A stretch of DNA of 64,000 bases from Octopus sinensis (lineage: Eukaryota): contig NC_043015.1 in NCBI RefSeq assembly GCF_006345805.1, forward strand, positions 3,782,001 through 3,846,000, in the 5' to 3' direction. The translations under genes and the position numbers were made by a program. Position 1 is the stretch's first letter; each line of letters starts with the position of its first letter. Shown piece after piece: positions 52,911-64,000 of the stretch. The notes beneath the pieces are model-generated. The model searched no databases and was not told the origin of the DNA. It saw only the letters and a list, made by a program, of their open reading frames with translations.

Positions 52911-54150
52911 CACTACAGAATCGGACGAGATCGACTCCTCCCAAAAGTAACGAAACGCTGGATATTTGTCTTAACCCAAAAGATTGTAAGTGTAAGTGGT
53001 TTCGCTTCCTAACCGAATGAAAAAAGAGCGCTTCTTAACATATCCCGAATGTCTCCAAGGTAAGGTAGATTCTCCAAAATTTCAAATGAAGACCTTTTTA
53101 CAATTTAATTAGTTATGGGGCTTCTTTGTGGTAGACCCCTATTCTTTTCATTTGAAACGGAAAGTAGTTAGCAAGTAAAAATATGCATAATCTAGAACAC
53201 TGGAACCGTTACACTACTAAATATATGTAAATTGATGTTGCATCGACTCCATCAGAATTTGAACACTATAATATAGTACATACATCAACAGTGCTAACAT
53301 CAGATTTTATGGCCGCATAAGAACGATTATCAGACAATGTATGAATAATCTATTCTTCAAGCTTCTTTATGGGATAATGTATAAAATTAAATTTAATTAA
53401 CTTACATTGGGGTTTGATGTTTTTAAATAATTTAATCGCTGGTTATTATTATACATAAGTCGTGTATGAAACAACGTGGTAATGGAAGTTGATTAAATAT
53501 TCTATTCAAATGGTTCTGACTGATAAATTGATGATTAATTACATTTCATTTTAATTAATTTCGGCCGCACACAACTACACAAATATATATGTGTAAGATT
53601 TTGTTTTAAATATATGCGCCGCAACCCTCATAAAGCAAATCTCTTTCGGGAAACGCTGAAAATAAGCCAACAAAAACTTATCTGCATATAATTTCGACGT
53701 AAAATTCCATGAAATTATGAAAAATGTAAGAAAATGAAGAAAAAAATAAATGACCAGCCGGCATATAACAAAATGATTCATGACCTTCTTTGGCAGTACA
53801 CAGACACACATACACACTCACTCACACAACCACACCCATATGTACACAATATATTTTATATATACATATATACATACATAAACATACACACATATTTGTG
53901 CAACGTATCTACAGCAGCTACAGCACGTCCACTATCACAGCAAATGCCGCCATAAATCTCACTTTCGAAAGAAGTGAAGAGGTCAACAACATCGATGTTC
54001 ACTCACTACAGAATCGGACGATATCGAGTCCTCCCAAAAGTAACGAAACGAGGGGTATTTGTCTTAACCCCAAATACTCAAAGTGTAAGTGGTTCACCTT
54101 CCTAACTGAATGAAAAGAGAGCGCTCCCTAACATAGCCCCAATGTCTCCA
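52911..54150. repeat. Dispersed direct repeat, 147 bp x2 (52911-53057 and 54004-54150)
   Basis: CACTACAGAATCGGACGA..CCTCCCAAAAGTAACGAAACG..TATTTGTCTTAACCC..GTGTAAGTGGTT..GAATGAAAA..GAGCGCT..ATGTCTCCA colinear in both copies. Confidence 0.85.
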
Positions 54151-54399
54151 TGGGGTCTCACAATCCGTTTTCATCCCAGGTAGATCTCGGATACCTACGT
54201 GGATTGGATACTTGGCCCGACCGACTTATGGTGTACTCAGAGATGAAACTAGGTTTACACAAGTAGATCTTGCTCATGACGCTGTTATTCTTGTTGATAT
54301 GACAGATGAAATACAATGAGAAAAAAAATGTTTTCAAGTTGACAGATAATTGAATTTGACATATGTCATTAGAGAAGACAACACATTTATTCGTTTCAG

Positions 54400-54590
54400 T
54401 TTTTGGTGCAAGACCATTAATTTCAGGGGCGGATTTAAGTCGATTTCATCAACCCTGCTGCTCAACCGGTATTTATTTCACCGATTCTGAAAGGACGAAA
54501 AGTAAAATCTACCTCCGTTAATTGGAACTCAGGATGATATATTTGTAGGCAATTTGCTGGGCGTGCCACAGATTCAGCCGGCTTGCTAAC
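54400..54590 (-). mobile_element. Degenerate SINE family B
   Basis: TTTTGGTGCAAGACCATTAATT..TAAGTCGATT..AACCGGTATTTATT..CTGAAAGGACGAAAAGTAAA is the reverse complement of the family B body. Confidence 0.55.
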
Positions 54591-55533
54591 ATTGATATTT
54601 TACATCTTATAACAATCGTGATGCTTTAATGTCTGTTACAAAAATTCGCACATATACAAAAGAAAAAAGTAAAGCCATGAAGACTTGTACTAAACCAAAG
54701 TAATGCGGCGCTTATGGAAATATAAACTATAAATCATGAATGAATCCGTTCAAAATATTGTCACCTTTCGCTATGTGCAGCAATATTTAAACAAAATATT
54801 TATCATTCCGATATGATTTCAGTAAAATAATTCGCTTAATATGAACCTTATTCTTATTAATATGCGGTAGTGATTGAAGGGTCAATTATGAAACGAAACA
54901 TTACATTTGCGGTGATATATTGACAGACTGAAATGAAAAGAGACAGAGATATGGAGAAAAAAGGGGACATTTACACACATACATGTATTCGAAGTCACAA
55001 ATGCATACATATACACATACATATGAGTGTGTATGTATATACATATGCTAAAGCACACACATATACATATGCTTGTGTGTGTATGCATGTGCGTACATGT
55101 ATACATGCATATAACATTTTCATTGGGCAGTTTCCTGGAAAGACTGCAATAGTAGGCCACATAGAACGTTAATATATATATAAAAGGAATGAGATTCCGC
55201 GAGACATATATTTCCACATCATGTTGTGCAACAAATTATTGTATAGTCATTCGTACCTCCGCATCCTCGATTATTGGGATGATATACAATTATTCTAGAA
55301 CAAGCGGGTTGTTAAACAAAATAAATATATTGATTCTTTTCAAGACATCCAAGGAATTATCTCATATATTACAATTGATTACTGCAGTTTCAAAAAAACC
55401 ATTTCATAGAAAGAATATACATACTTACACACGCACACAGACACATGTATGTGTATATAGGTACGTATATAGACACCTATGCGTTTATATTATACGTATG
55501 CATATGTATTAACATATCCACATACACGTACAC

Positions 55534-55580
<47 letters not shown>

Positions 55581-57121
55581 GAGAGAAAGATGTATATATG
55601 TATATATATATAAATACATATATTTGTATATATGTTCATATATATGTAATTATGTATGTACACATCTGTTATATATGCTGTGTGCATGTATGTTGCTTGC
55701 AATAAAATTTTATGTGCAAGAATATCGACCAATGTATATATTTGAGTATAATCTTTATTTCTTCTATAACTTTAGAAGTTTTTGCAACATGAAATTTTTT
55801 TTATCTTCCTTTGATTTACAGAAATTTTTTTTGTACGCTTCTAGTTTCTTTTTTTTTCTTTCATTTTATCAAAGTAGATATATAGAAACGAAATTTATTT
55901 CATAATACAATGCTTATATTATTTTTTACTTCTCATTTGTTCTCGGAAAAAGTAACTATAACAATCATATAAAGAATGTTATGATTTTTCAAAAATATTT
56001 TTGCTGATGTGAATATATATATATATTTTCATCTGTACAATGCAACTTCAATCGATCCGATATACTTTCATTTAATTAAAGACGGATTATTCATATATAA
56101 ATATGTCACTATGAAATATTGCCATATTTGTCTTCTATATGTTCGTATATAACTAAATTTCTATATTCAGTAATGCAATACGGCCAAGCTGTTCAAGCAT
56201 TTTCCAGTATTCACTGGTACATACTTTGCATTTTCATAGATATTTTACTGCTCTCGTTTATGGAACCGCTATCTTACGTTACACAAATATGAATGAATAT
56301 TTTCACTAGAAAGTTGTTAACACAAACATTTCCGTACGGTAGTACATAACGACGTATGTTCATCCATAAAATTCTATCTACCCAACTATCATTTTCTCTC
56401 TTTCTCTCTCTCTTTCACTTCCTGTCTCTCGATGTGTTTACACACACACGCAACTTGATACATCTCTAATTTGCCTCTACAAGTTATGCTATTGAATATT
56501 TACTTTTAAAATATAAATAGTCTATCGCAAGAAATTTTTAAGCTTTAATTCGGAAGAGCGTAATAATACACAATACGCATGAACCACAAACTTTGGGATC
56601 GTCTGACGTAAGAGCAAGAATTATTCACCGAGCCAAAGTGTATATTTTCTATCCTTTTTATAGAACTAGCGTAATTCCAGTTCCTTTCCGTCTGATTCAC
56701 CATAGCAAGATCCTTGTCTTTCACCTCACCACATTGCAAGGGTTAACCCTTCGTTTTCTTCCAGAATGAACGTGCTATGCTGTTCAAGATCTATAACGGA
56801 CGTAAAATACAGGACAGAAGGAGGGTTCGTTGTCAGTTGGGAATATAAAGGAAATATCACGCAAACCGATTTGTGAGATATACGACTATTTCGGTCCTTT
56901 GTTTGGGAGGAAGTTCCCTGAAAGTCCCACTAATGTATGTTGTCTATATTCTTTTTATAATCCCGAACACTATCAAAGAGATTTTCTCTCGTATTGATTT
57001 GTAGACGATTGATCCTGTGGTTACTTGGACTCTGTCCGAGGTTTCAAGGTTTAAATCCTCAAATTCTTTCCTTTAAGTCTCAATAACATTTTTCTTATGA
57101 CCGTCCGTTCTTTTTGTTTAA

Positions 57122-57240
57122 CACATTACTATTGCTGCTATTGTTGTTGCTGTTGCTGTTGTTGTTGTTGTTGTTGTTGAAGTTGTTGTTGTTGATGATG
57201 ATGTTGATGTTGTTGATGATGATGATGATGTTGTTGTTGT

Positions 57241-57275
<35 letters not shown>

Positions 57276-57324
57276 GTGATGGTGATGATGATGATGATGA
57301 TGATGATAATGATGATGGGGATGT

Positions 57325-57375
<51 letters not shown>

Positions 57376-57438
57376 CGATGATGATGATGATGATGATGTT
57401 GTTGATGTCGATGATGATGATGATGATGATGATGATGT

Positions 57439-57476
<38 letters not shown>

Positions 57477-57490
57477 TTTATGATGTTTTT
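57122..57490. repeat. Compound trinucleotide array (TTG)n-(GAT)n, ~370 bp
   Basis: Directly visible. The minus strand reads (CAT)n(CAA)n. Confidence 0.95.
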
Positions 57491-57608
57491 TTCTGCTGTT
57501 GTCGATGGACTTGTGGGAATGTTTCTAAAATAGACTATAGTTATGATTTTGTGTGTTTTTGTGGTTTTCTTTGAGTAGGGATCTATAATCCCCTTGTGTT
57601 TCGCCTTT

Positions 57609-58133
57609 CTAGTTTGAGAGCCATGTGCAATATTTAGGCCTTTCTGCTTTCTTCAACTTATTTTTCATAAAATCTGTGGGAGGCAGTGAAGTCTGGTCGA
57701 AACTCATGTTGTCTGAGGCGTTGTTATTGGTTTGGAAACCGGGGAGTTGTTTGCTTTTACTTGGGAACATATCTTTCCTGTTGTCTTGATTTTGTTGTAG
57801 CGTCAACAACTTTTCCATATATTGTAGGTGTAGATGTGGCTGTAGTGTTGTCTGCAATATTGGTTTATTGCAGAAACTATTGTGCAGGGTAGTACAACCA
57901 CAGGTACTTTGACTTTCCGAACTTGACCACCACTCATATGAGCTCCTTGTCCTGCATGTAAATTTGTTAGGGATTTTGTGGAAGTTATTTGATGTCAGTG
58001 ACATTGCCACTTTCACCCTGACTACTGACAACATTTCGTTCAGGATCGATTTCATGGCGTGTATATCAACATATATCACTACAGATATAATTAAATTGAA
58101 ATAATTTCTTCTGCGGATCATATGTATCAACAC
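57609..58133 (-). CDS. Hypothetical 174-aa ORF (or exon from acceptor ~58079), unknown function
   Basis: Longest non-repetitive, non-transposon ORF in the window. Q/N/S/T-biased, with a possible acceptor ttatatctgtag| upstream of MKSILNEML. No recognisable domain. Confidence 0.3.
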   Translation of the reverse strand: MLIHMIRRRNYFNLIISVVIYVDIHAMKSILNEMLSVVRVKVAMSLTSNNFHKIPNKFTCRTRSSYEWWSSSESQSTCGCTTLHNSFCNKPILQTTLQPHLHLQYMEKLLTLQQNQDNRKDMFPSKSKQLPGFQTNNNASDNMSFDQTSLPPTDFMKNKLKKAERPKYCTWLSN

Positions 58134-58447
58134 AAGTTTTCAAATTCACTTTGCTATGAAATATTGCTACAAGAGATCCAAATAACCCTTATCTCTTTAC
58201 AGGCATATTTCAGAAATACTTCCGCATCCGCTAGTGCCGGATATTCAAGTTAACAGTTTTGGTAACACATCTAGAAATTACATTTTATTTTTCGCTTTTA
58301 GTGTGTGATATCCGCTGTTTTACGAGAGGGTGAAAAAAGGATATTAAGTTTGACGAGGCATTTTCTGAAATATCACAGTCGTGACTCAATCCCCTCACAT
58401 TTCGTTGGGGAATTTTAGCGAAATATTTTATTTGTTTATTTGTTAAT

Positions 58448-58786
58448 TTAACCGATATATTTGTTGCTGGTGGTACTGGCAGTGGTAGTGGCAGTGCTGG
58501 AGTTGATAATTGTCGCGGTGTTAGTAGTGTTAGTGGTTGTCTTGATGGTAGTGCTGATCATCGCTTCATTGATTCTTTTGATAAAAGTCTTTTCGGTTTT
58601 TGTTTGTTTTGATATTTGTTGCTCTGTGTTGACTCTCCTTTGTTGCTGTTGGTGGTGCCTTCGCTGCTTTCTTTGTAAAAAAATCTTCATTTGCATTTCT
58701 TCTAGAAATTTGTTGTTGTTGCTGTCTTTGCTGTCGTTATTTGTAGAGGCTTCAAGAAGCTCTTTGTTAAATTTTCCATTTCCTGT
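58448..58786 (-). CDS. Open frame (~110 codons), N/Q/T-rich, unknown
   Basis: GNGKFNKELLEASTNNDSKDSNNNKFLEEMQMKIFLQRKQRRHHQQQQRR..TTTASTTSNKYIG*. Lies just downstream (minus sense) of a GA-rich tract. Confidence 0.22.
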   Translation of the reverse strand, partial: TGNGKFNKELLEASTNNDSKDSNNNKFLEEMQMKIFLQRKQRRHHQQQQRRVNTEQQISKQTKTEKTFIKRINEAMISTTIKTTTNTTNTATIINSSTATTTASTTSNKYIG

Positions 58787-59790
58787 TTATCTTTAAATTA
58801 GTTCCAACAGAAATTTACGATGTCGTTCGTTTTCAAAGCGGTGACATAACCTGTCCTGTTCACACTTTCTTTCAAAGCGATCTGGTATGCACTTCAATCT
58901 CTTCGACCTTTATTTCTCTCTTTCTATCCTTCTTTCTCTTGCACTTTCTATTCTCTCTCTCTCTTTGTTCTTCTGTGTCTCTGTTTCTTTCTCTTTCCCT
59001 TTCTCTCTTTCTCCCTCTCTCTCTCTCTCATGAAAAGCTTCACTGTGTCGCGTCCTCATGGATGGCGATAATAATTTTCATAACAAAAGCTGACTTAAAT
59101 CGAGTTTTCTCAAAATGTACGAAAAAGTACGAAAACAAAATTAGCAGTCAACTTTAAATATTTCATGTTCAACGAAGATATACATTTCAAAAATAATAGT
59201 TTAAAATGAGAAAGCTGCCATAAATCCGATTTACAAAATATGACGTGAGAAATAAGACATAATTAAATGAGAGTAAGGAAAAAGTAACTGGCAATGAAAT
59301 AGTCAATTATTTATTCTAACAGTTATTCTCTAACATTGATACGGAGTTAGGTTATAAGAATAAATTGAAAGAATTTAGTAATTTTGGTGGGCGGGTTATC
59401 ATTTGAATATTACTAAAAAAATGTAAAAACTAGGCTATAATATAAATAAGATCATTCGTTTTAGTCGAAAATAATTTTTTTTGTTAATAGAAAATTTATG
59501 ATGAAATCCAATCGTTTATCAAATTTGGTACATTGACTGAGTTGTTCAAAATGGTGGTTATTGAAGATTCTTACAGAAATTCAGTGAAATAAAGAGACGA
59601 CGTGATAAAATCATCGTAATTAACATATGAAATGAAGAATAATATCAGTAGTATAAAAAAAGCAAATTGATGCATTAATATCGATGATTAAGGCAAGTGC
59701 AAAGACAAGTGAAATATTAATGATGAAAAACATATGTGAAGGTAAATTCTACGAAGATACTGCGAAAACGAAAACCGAAATTTGAAAATA

Positions 59791-60253
59791 TTACATCAGC
59801 ATAAAAAGACAATTGTTACGAAAAAGTAACTTTTCAGAATTTAGTAGTGCATAATTTAGTAGCAGTAGTAGTTGTTGTATTGGTGGTGGTGATGGTGGTG
59901 GTGGATGTGGTGTTGCTGTTGGTAGTGGTAGTGGTAGTAGTATTAGTAGTAGTAGTAGTGGTGTGGTAGTAGTGATAGTGGTGATGGTGGTGGTGGTGGT
60001 GGAGATGTTGATGATGAGGTTGGTGTTGGTGTTAGTGGTTGTGGTTGTGATGGTGGTGGTAGTAGTAGTAATATTATTATTATTAGTAGTAGTAGTGGTG
60101 GTGGTGGTGGTGGTGGTAGTCGTAGTATCAACAGTAACAGGAACAATAGACATGATAACCTCGAGAATTTTGCAATGTGGTTGTAGTGGCGACGTCGAGA
60201 GAACAGTAGTAACAACAACAGCAGCGGCAGCTATTGTAGTAGTAGTAGTAGTG

Positions 60254-60338
<85 letters not shown>

Positions 60339-60366
60339 CAACAACTGGAGTGATAGACGTAGTGTC
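59791..60366 (-). CDS. Candidate low-complexity Thr/Ala-rich exon
   Basis: Good acceptor (..cttaac..catcacaaccttctccag|). Open frame DTTSITPVVAVAAAAAAAAAT(n)IAAAAVVVTTVLSTSPLQPHCKILEVIMSIVPVTVDT(n).., with an apparent 1-nt slip near 59962. It could equally be a non-coding trinucleotide mosaic. Confidence 0.25.
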
Positions 60367-60834
60367 CTGGAGAAGGTTGTGATGTAGCAGATGTTAAGTG
60401 AAACATGATATGTTAGAAAAGTAAATAAAAAAGAAAGATATCCAAAATTTAAAATGAACTTAAGACGAAAAGATTGGCGTGATGACGGAGGTGCACACAC
60501 AACAGGAAGCCAAAATGAGATGAGACTCTAGATTATTTATTTTCAAATGACTTTCAATGCTTGAAAATTATCCGCATAGTACTGTTGTATTAGACATTAT
60601 TGTTAAAAGGTATAAAACAAAACCAATAAAAGACAATACGAAAACCAAGAAAAAAACAACAAAATACAACGAAGAAATGTAAAAAATAGAGTATAGTGTA
60701 TGGAAACATAAAAAATAGAAGCGAAAATTTGAAAAATAAATGAGAGAATATATAAGAATTATTTGAAAAGATGAGGTGGAAAAAACAAAAATAAACAAAA
60801 CATAAAGTAAACTTGGCCTGACTAGATGTACACG

Positions 60835-60869
<35 letters not shown>

Positions 60870-60994
60870 TATATATACATACATAAAAAATGATTTGTGG
60901 ATAGAAAAGTGTAACTCGGGCACATGCAAATCTCTGGGCAGACACGAGCATACACACGAGAATATGTATACATACAAACATATGTATATATATA

Positions 60995-61019
<25 letters not shown>

Positions 61020-61047
<28 letters not shown>

Positions 61048-61647
61048 GTATGTATATATCACGAAGCCACGCATTTATATAGACACACCTATATAAAGCG
61101 TACGATAAGCATTTAAGTCATTTGCGTGTTTGTGACTATGAATATTTCAATGTTAAAGATTTTGCATAAAAATGTATATCGTAGATGTGTTTGTTTATAG
61201 CTGTGTGTGTATATATCCGAACTTTTTAATATAAATGGAAAATATCTGAAAGTAAATATGAAACACTAAACAAGAAAAAAAATGTTAGTTAAAAAAAAGC
61301 AAATTATTTTCTTACTGAAATTATTGGGAATAATTCAATGAAGAAATATTCAATCGGTGCCAAGGGCTAAGTACACAATCTACATAGAATGATCTCTCAC
61401 CCACCCTGACACTGACGCACATACACACAAGCAAAAACAAGTGATACTGCGTGTAAGAGTGTGTCCACCATTTAAGCATATACTAAATCATGTTGCTAAA
61501 TATATACGTGCGTGTGTGTGTGCGTACACGCGTATGTATGAATGTAAATACGTACACACACACATACATATATAATTATATTTATATGCATATATATGTA
61601 TATGTTCGTATATATGTATGTAAATATATAAATATGTATATATATAC

Positions 61648-61731
<84 letters not shown>

Positions 61732-62337
61732 ATATCACGAAGCCACGCATTTATATAGACACACCGATATAAAGCGTACGATAAGCATTTAAGTCATTTG
61801 CGTGTTTGTGACTATGAATATTTCAATGTTAAAGATTTTGCATAAAAATGTATATCGTAGATGTGTTTGTTTATAGCTGTGTGTGTATATATCCGAACTT
61901 TTTATATAAATGGAAAATATCTGAAAGTAAATATGAAACACTAAACAAGAAAAAAAATGTTAGTTAAAAAAAAGCAAATTATTTTCTTACTGAAATTATT
62001 GGAATAATTCAATGAAGAAATATTCAATCGGTGCCAAGGGCTAAGTACACAATCTACATAGAATGATCTCTCACCCACCCTGACACTGACGCACATACAC
62101 ACAAGCAAAAACAAGTGATACTGCGTGTAAGAGTGTGTCCACCATTTAAGCATATACTAAATCATGTTGCTAAATATATACGTGCGTGTGTGTGTGCGTA
62201 CACGCGTATGTATGAATGTAAATACGTACACACACACATACATATATAATTATATTTATATGCATATATATGTATATGTTCGTATATATGTATGTAAATA
62301 TATAAATATGTATATATATACATATACATATATATAT

Positions 62338-62375
<38 letters not shown>
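61020..62375. repeat. Near-identical tandem duplication, 2 x ~676 bp, bounded by (TA)n tracts
   Basis: CACGAAGCCACGCATTTATATAGACAC at 61060 and 61736. The units differ by about one substitution and two homopolymer-type indels outside the microsatellites. Confidence 0.95.
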
Positions 62376-62377
<2 letters not shown>

Positions 62378-63370
62378 CGTATTTATGTGCATGTGTTGTG
62401 TGTGTGTGTGTGTGTGTGTGTGTAATTCTCTGTGTTTTTGCAAATATGGCAATGTATGTGTGTTTGAACGCGAGTGTGTGTGTGTGTGCGGATGTTGATT
62501 TGGTTGCCTGGAAACATGAGGCTGGACACCGACTTTGATTAAACAACACAAAATAGGATGTCTGCTAGACTGACAAAACACTAAGTTCAAATACAACACA
62601 TGATTTTAATCTCAAATCGTTTCAATTGATATAACCCCATACTAATTGAATCACTAACAGTCATTAACATAATGTTCACACCCACCTCCTTTGTCTCCTA
62701 AACAATCACGACCAATTATCCCTATCTCACATCATTGATTTCATTCTCCGCAAATTGCCCTTACATAAAAGTAACACAATGATATTTTATTCACTACTAT
62801 CTCCGAATATCTCTGACTTCGTACACTGTCACCTCCTTCAGACATTACACTTCGTATATACATTTTTTTTTCTAGGATACACGTCTGTTGACTCTATAGC
62901 TTTTCGTTAAGTCACCGCCTTAGACACCGCCTAAGGTAGCTTTGACGAACGATACTTATTTTTTTAAGCATGGTACTAATTAGCAACCCGAAAATAGAGG
63001 AAGTGGGGCAAGTAATGGATTACATATTAGCTATATTCTACGACAACGCGTTTTCAAGTGCAGGTATAAAATTATTCATAAGTAATATTTATTAGTAATG
63101 TTTATTAGAAAAATCAGTGACAGAGATAAGCGGAGATAGTAATGAATAAAATATCATTCTGTTACTGCTGTGTAAGAACAATTTTCGATGAAAGAAAGCA
63201 ATGATATGAGATAGGGATAATTGGCCGTGGTTGTTTAGGGGACAAATGCGTTGGGAGTGAACATGTCATGAACTTGATATGAAAACATTTCTGCCTGTCC
63301 AAATTAGTACAATCACATAAGCATATATGTCCATGCAAGGACAGAGCGTAGGCCTGCGTGTATGTATAAG

Positions 63371-63425
<55 letters not shown>

Positions 63426-64000
63426 AGAGAGAGAGAGAGACATAGATAAACATGCATTCTTTTACTTCTTTGAGAATATATATTCACATACAATATATAT
63501 ATATATATATATATACATACATATGTGTGTTTGTGTGCCTGTGTGTGTACATGGGTGTGGGTATATACACGTGCGTATGCATCGTAAGTATTCTAAGATA
63601 TGGCACATATCATTCATCTAGCGTTTTGGAGCGCATGAATTTACTTGGCATACCGACGGTGCCAAAATTACTATGATCAATAAAGACTTATGAGTGCATT
63701 TTGTTTGCAGACTTAAATAAATTTCCAGAAAACTTCAAAGTGGAGACTTACTTAATATATTGCATCAAATCTAATAAAACATCTAATAAAGCACTAATAT
63801 ATTGGAGCTGATTGCTCGTTGAGATGTCCACTTTTATTGTCCATTTATAGGAATAGTCGATTCAGCGACTATTAATCCGCAGAAACTTCACCTAAATAGC
63901 CTCACGTATTTCTTTGTCGGCAATTGTGTCCAACTTGGCAGTCATATTAGTTATTGTTGAAAGCAATTTGTATGTCGTTCCGTCGAAAATTGGAAATAAT

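Noticed and set aside
52920-52960. CGGACGA...CGAAAC in both direct-repeat copies as a hammerhead
   Set aside because: U4 is replaced by G, and no stem II, III or I can be formed.
56765-56872. Plus-strand 108-nt exon candidate (MNVLCCSRSITDVKYRTEGGFVVSWEYKGNITQTD) with strong acceptor; similar 36-nt candidate at 6956-6991
   Set aside because: Isolated, no recognisable domain, and opposite to the strand bias of the other candidates. Kept only as something to check with RNA-seq.
56500-58133. Alternative genetic code (TAA/TAG = Gln) giving a long ORF
   Set aside because: Beyond the His/Gln tract the frame becomes incoherent and no frame stays open, and the transposon ORFs use the standard code. 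C>T decay or non-coding status is simpler.

Overview
AT-rich animal genomic DNA that looks intronic or intergenic and is dominated by microsatellites ((TA)n, (CA)n, (GA)n, (TAGA)n, trinucleotide mosaics) and decayed transposons. I infer Octopus or another coleoid cephalopod from recognising the SINE sequences; this is not verified. Most ORFs in the supplied track are microsatellite artefacts. I found no rRNA, bona fide tRNA, CRISPR array or recognisable host gene. Supportable content: (1) Penelope-like retroelement (PLE) fragments from at least three lineages (Neptune-like at 1-480 and 12.0-14.0 kb, Naiad-like at 25.8-26.8 kb, Poseidon-like at 38.3 kb, plus a probable further 3' end at 40.6-41.5 kb); (2) a full-length decayed mariner with both TIRs, a pogo/Tigger fossil, Tc1-type fragments, and CR1-like and RTE-like LINE remnants; (3) about 20 copies of four tRNA-derived SINE families; (4) a near-identical ~676 bp tandem duplication; (5) weak minus-strand exon/ORF candidates. 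The most notable signal is type I hammerhead-ribozyme motifs from four unrelated sequence families, all with palindromic (dimer-type) stem III. Two of these families occur as stand-alone head-to-head inverted repeats with a hammerhead in each arm. The element at 39540-39755 has an intact catalytic core in both arms.
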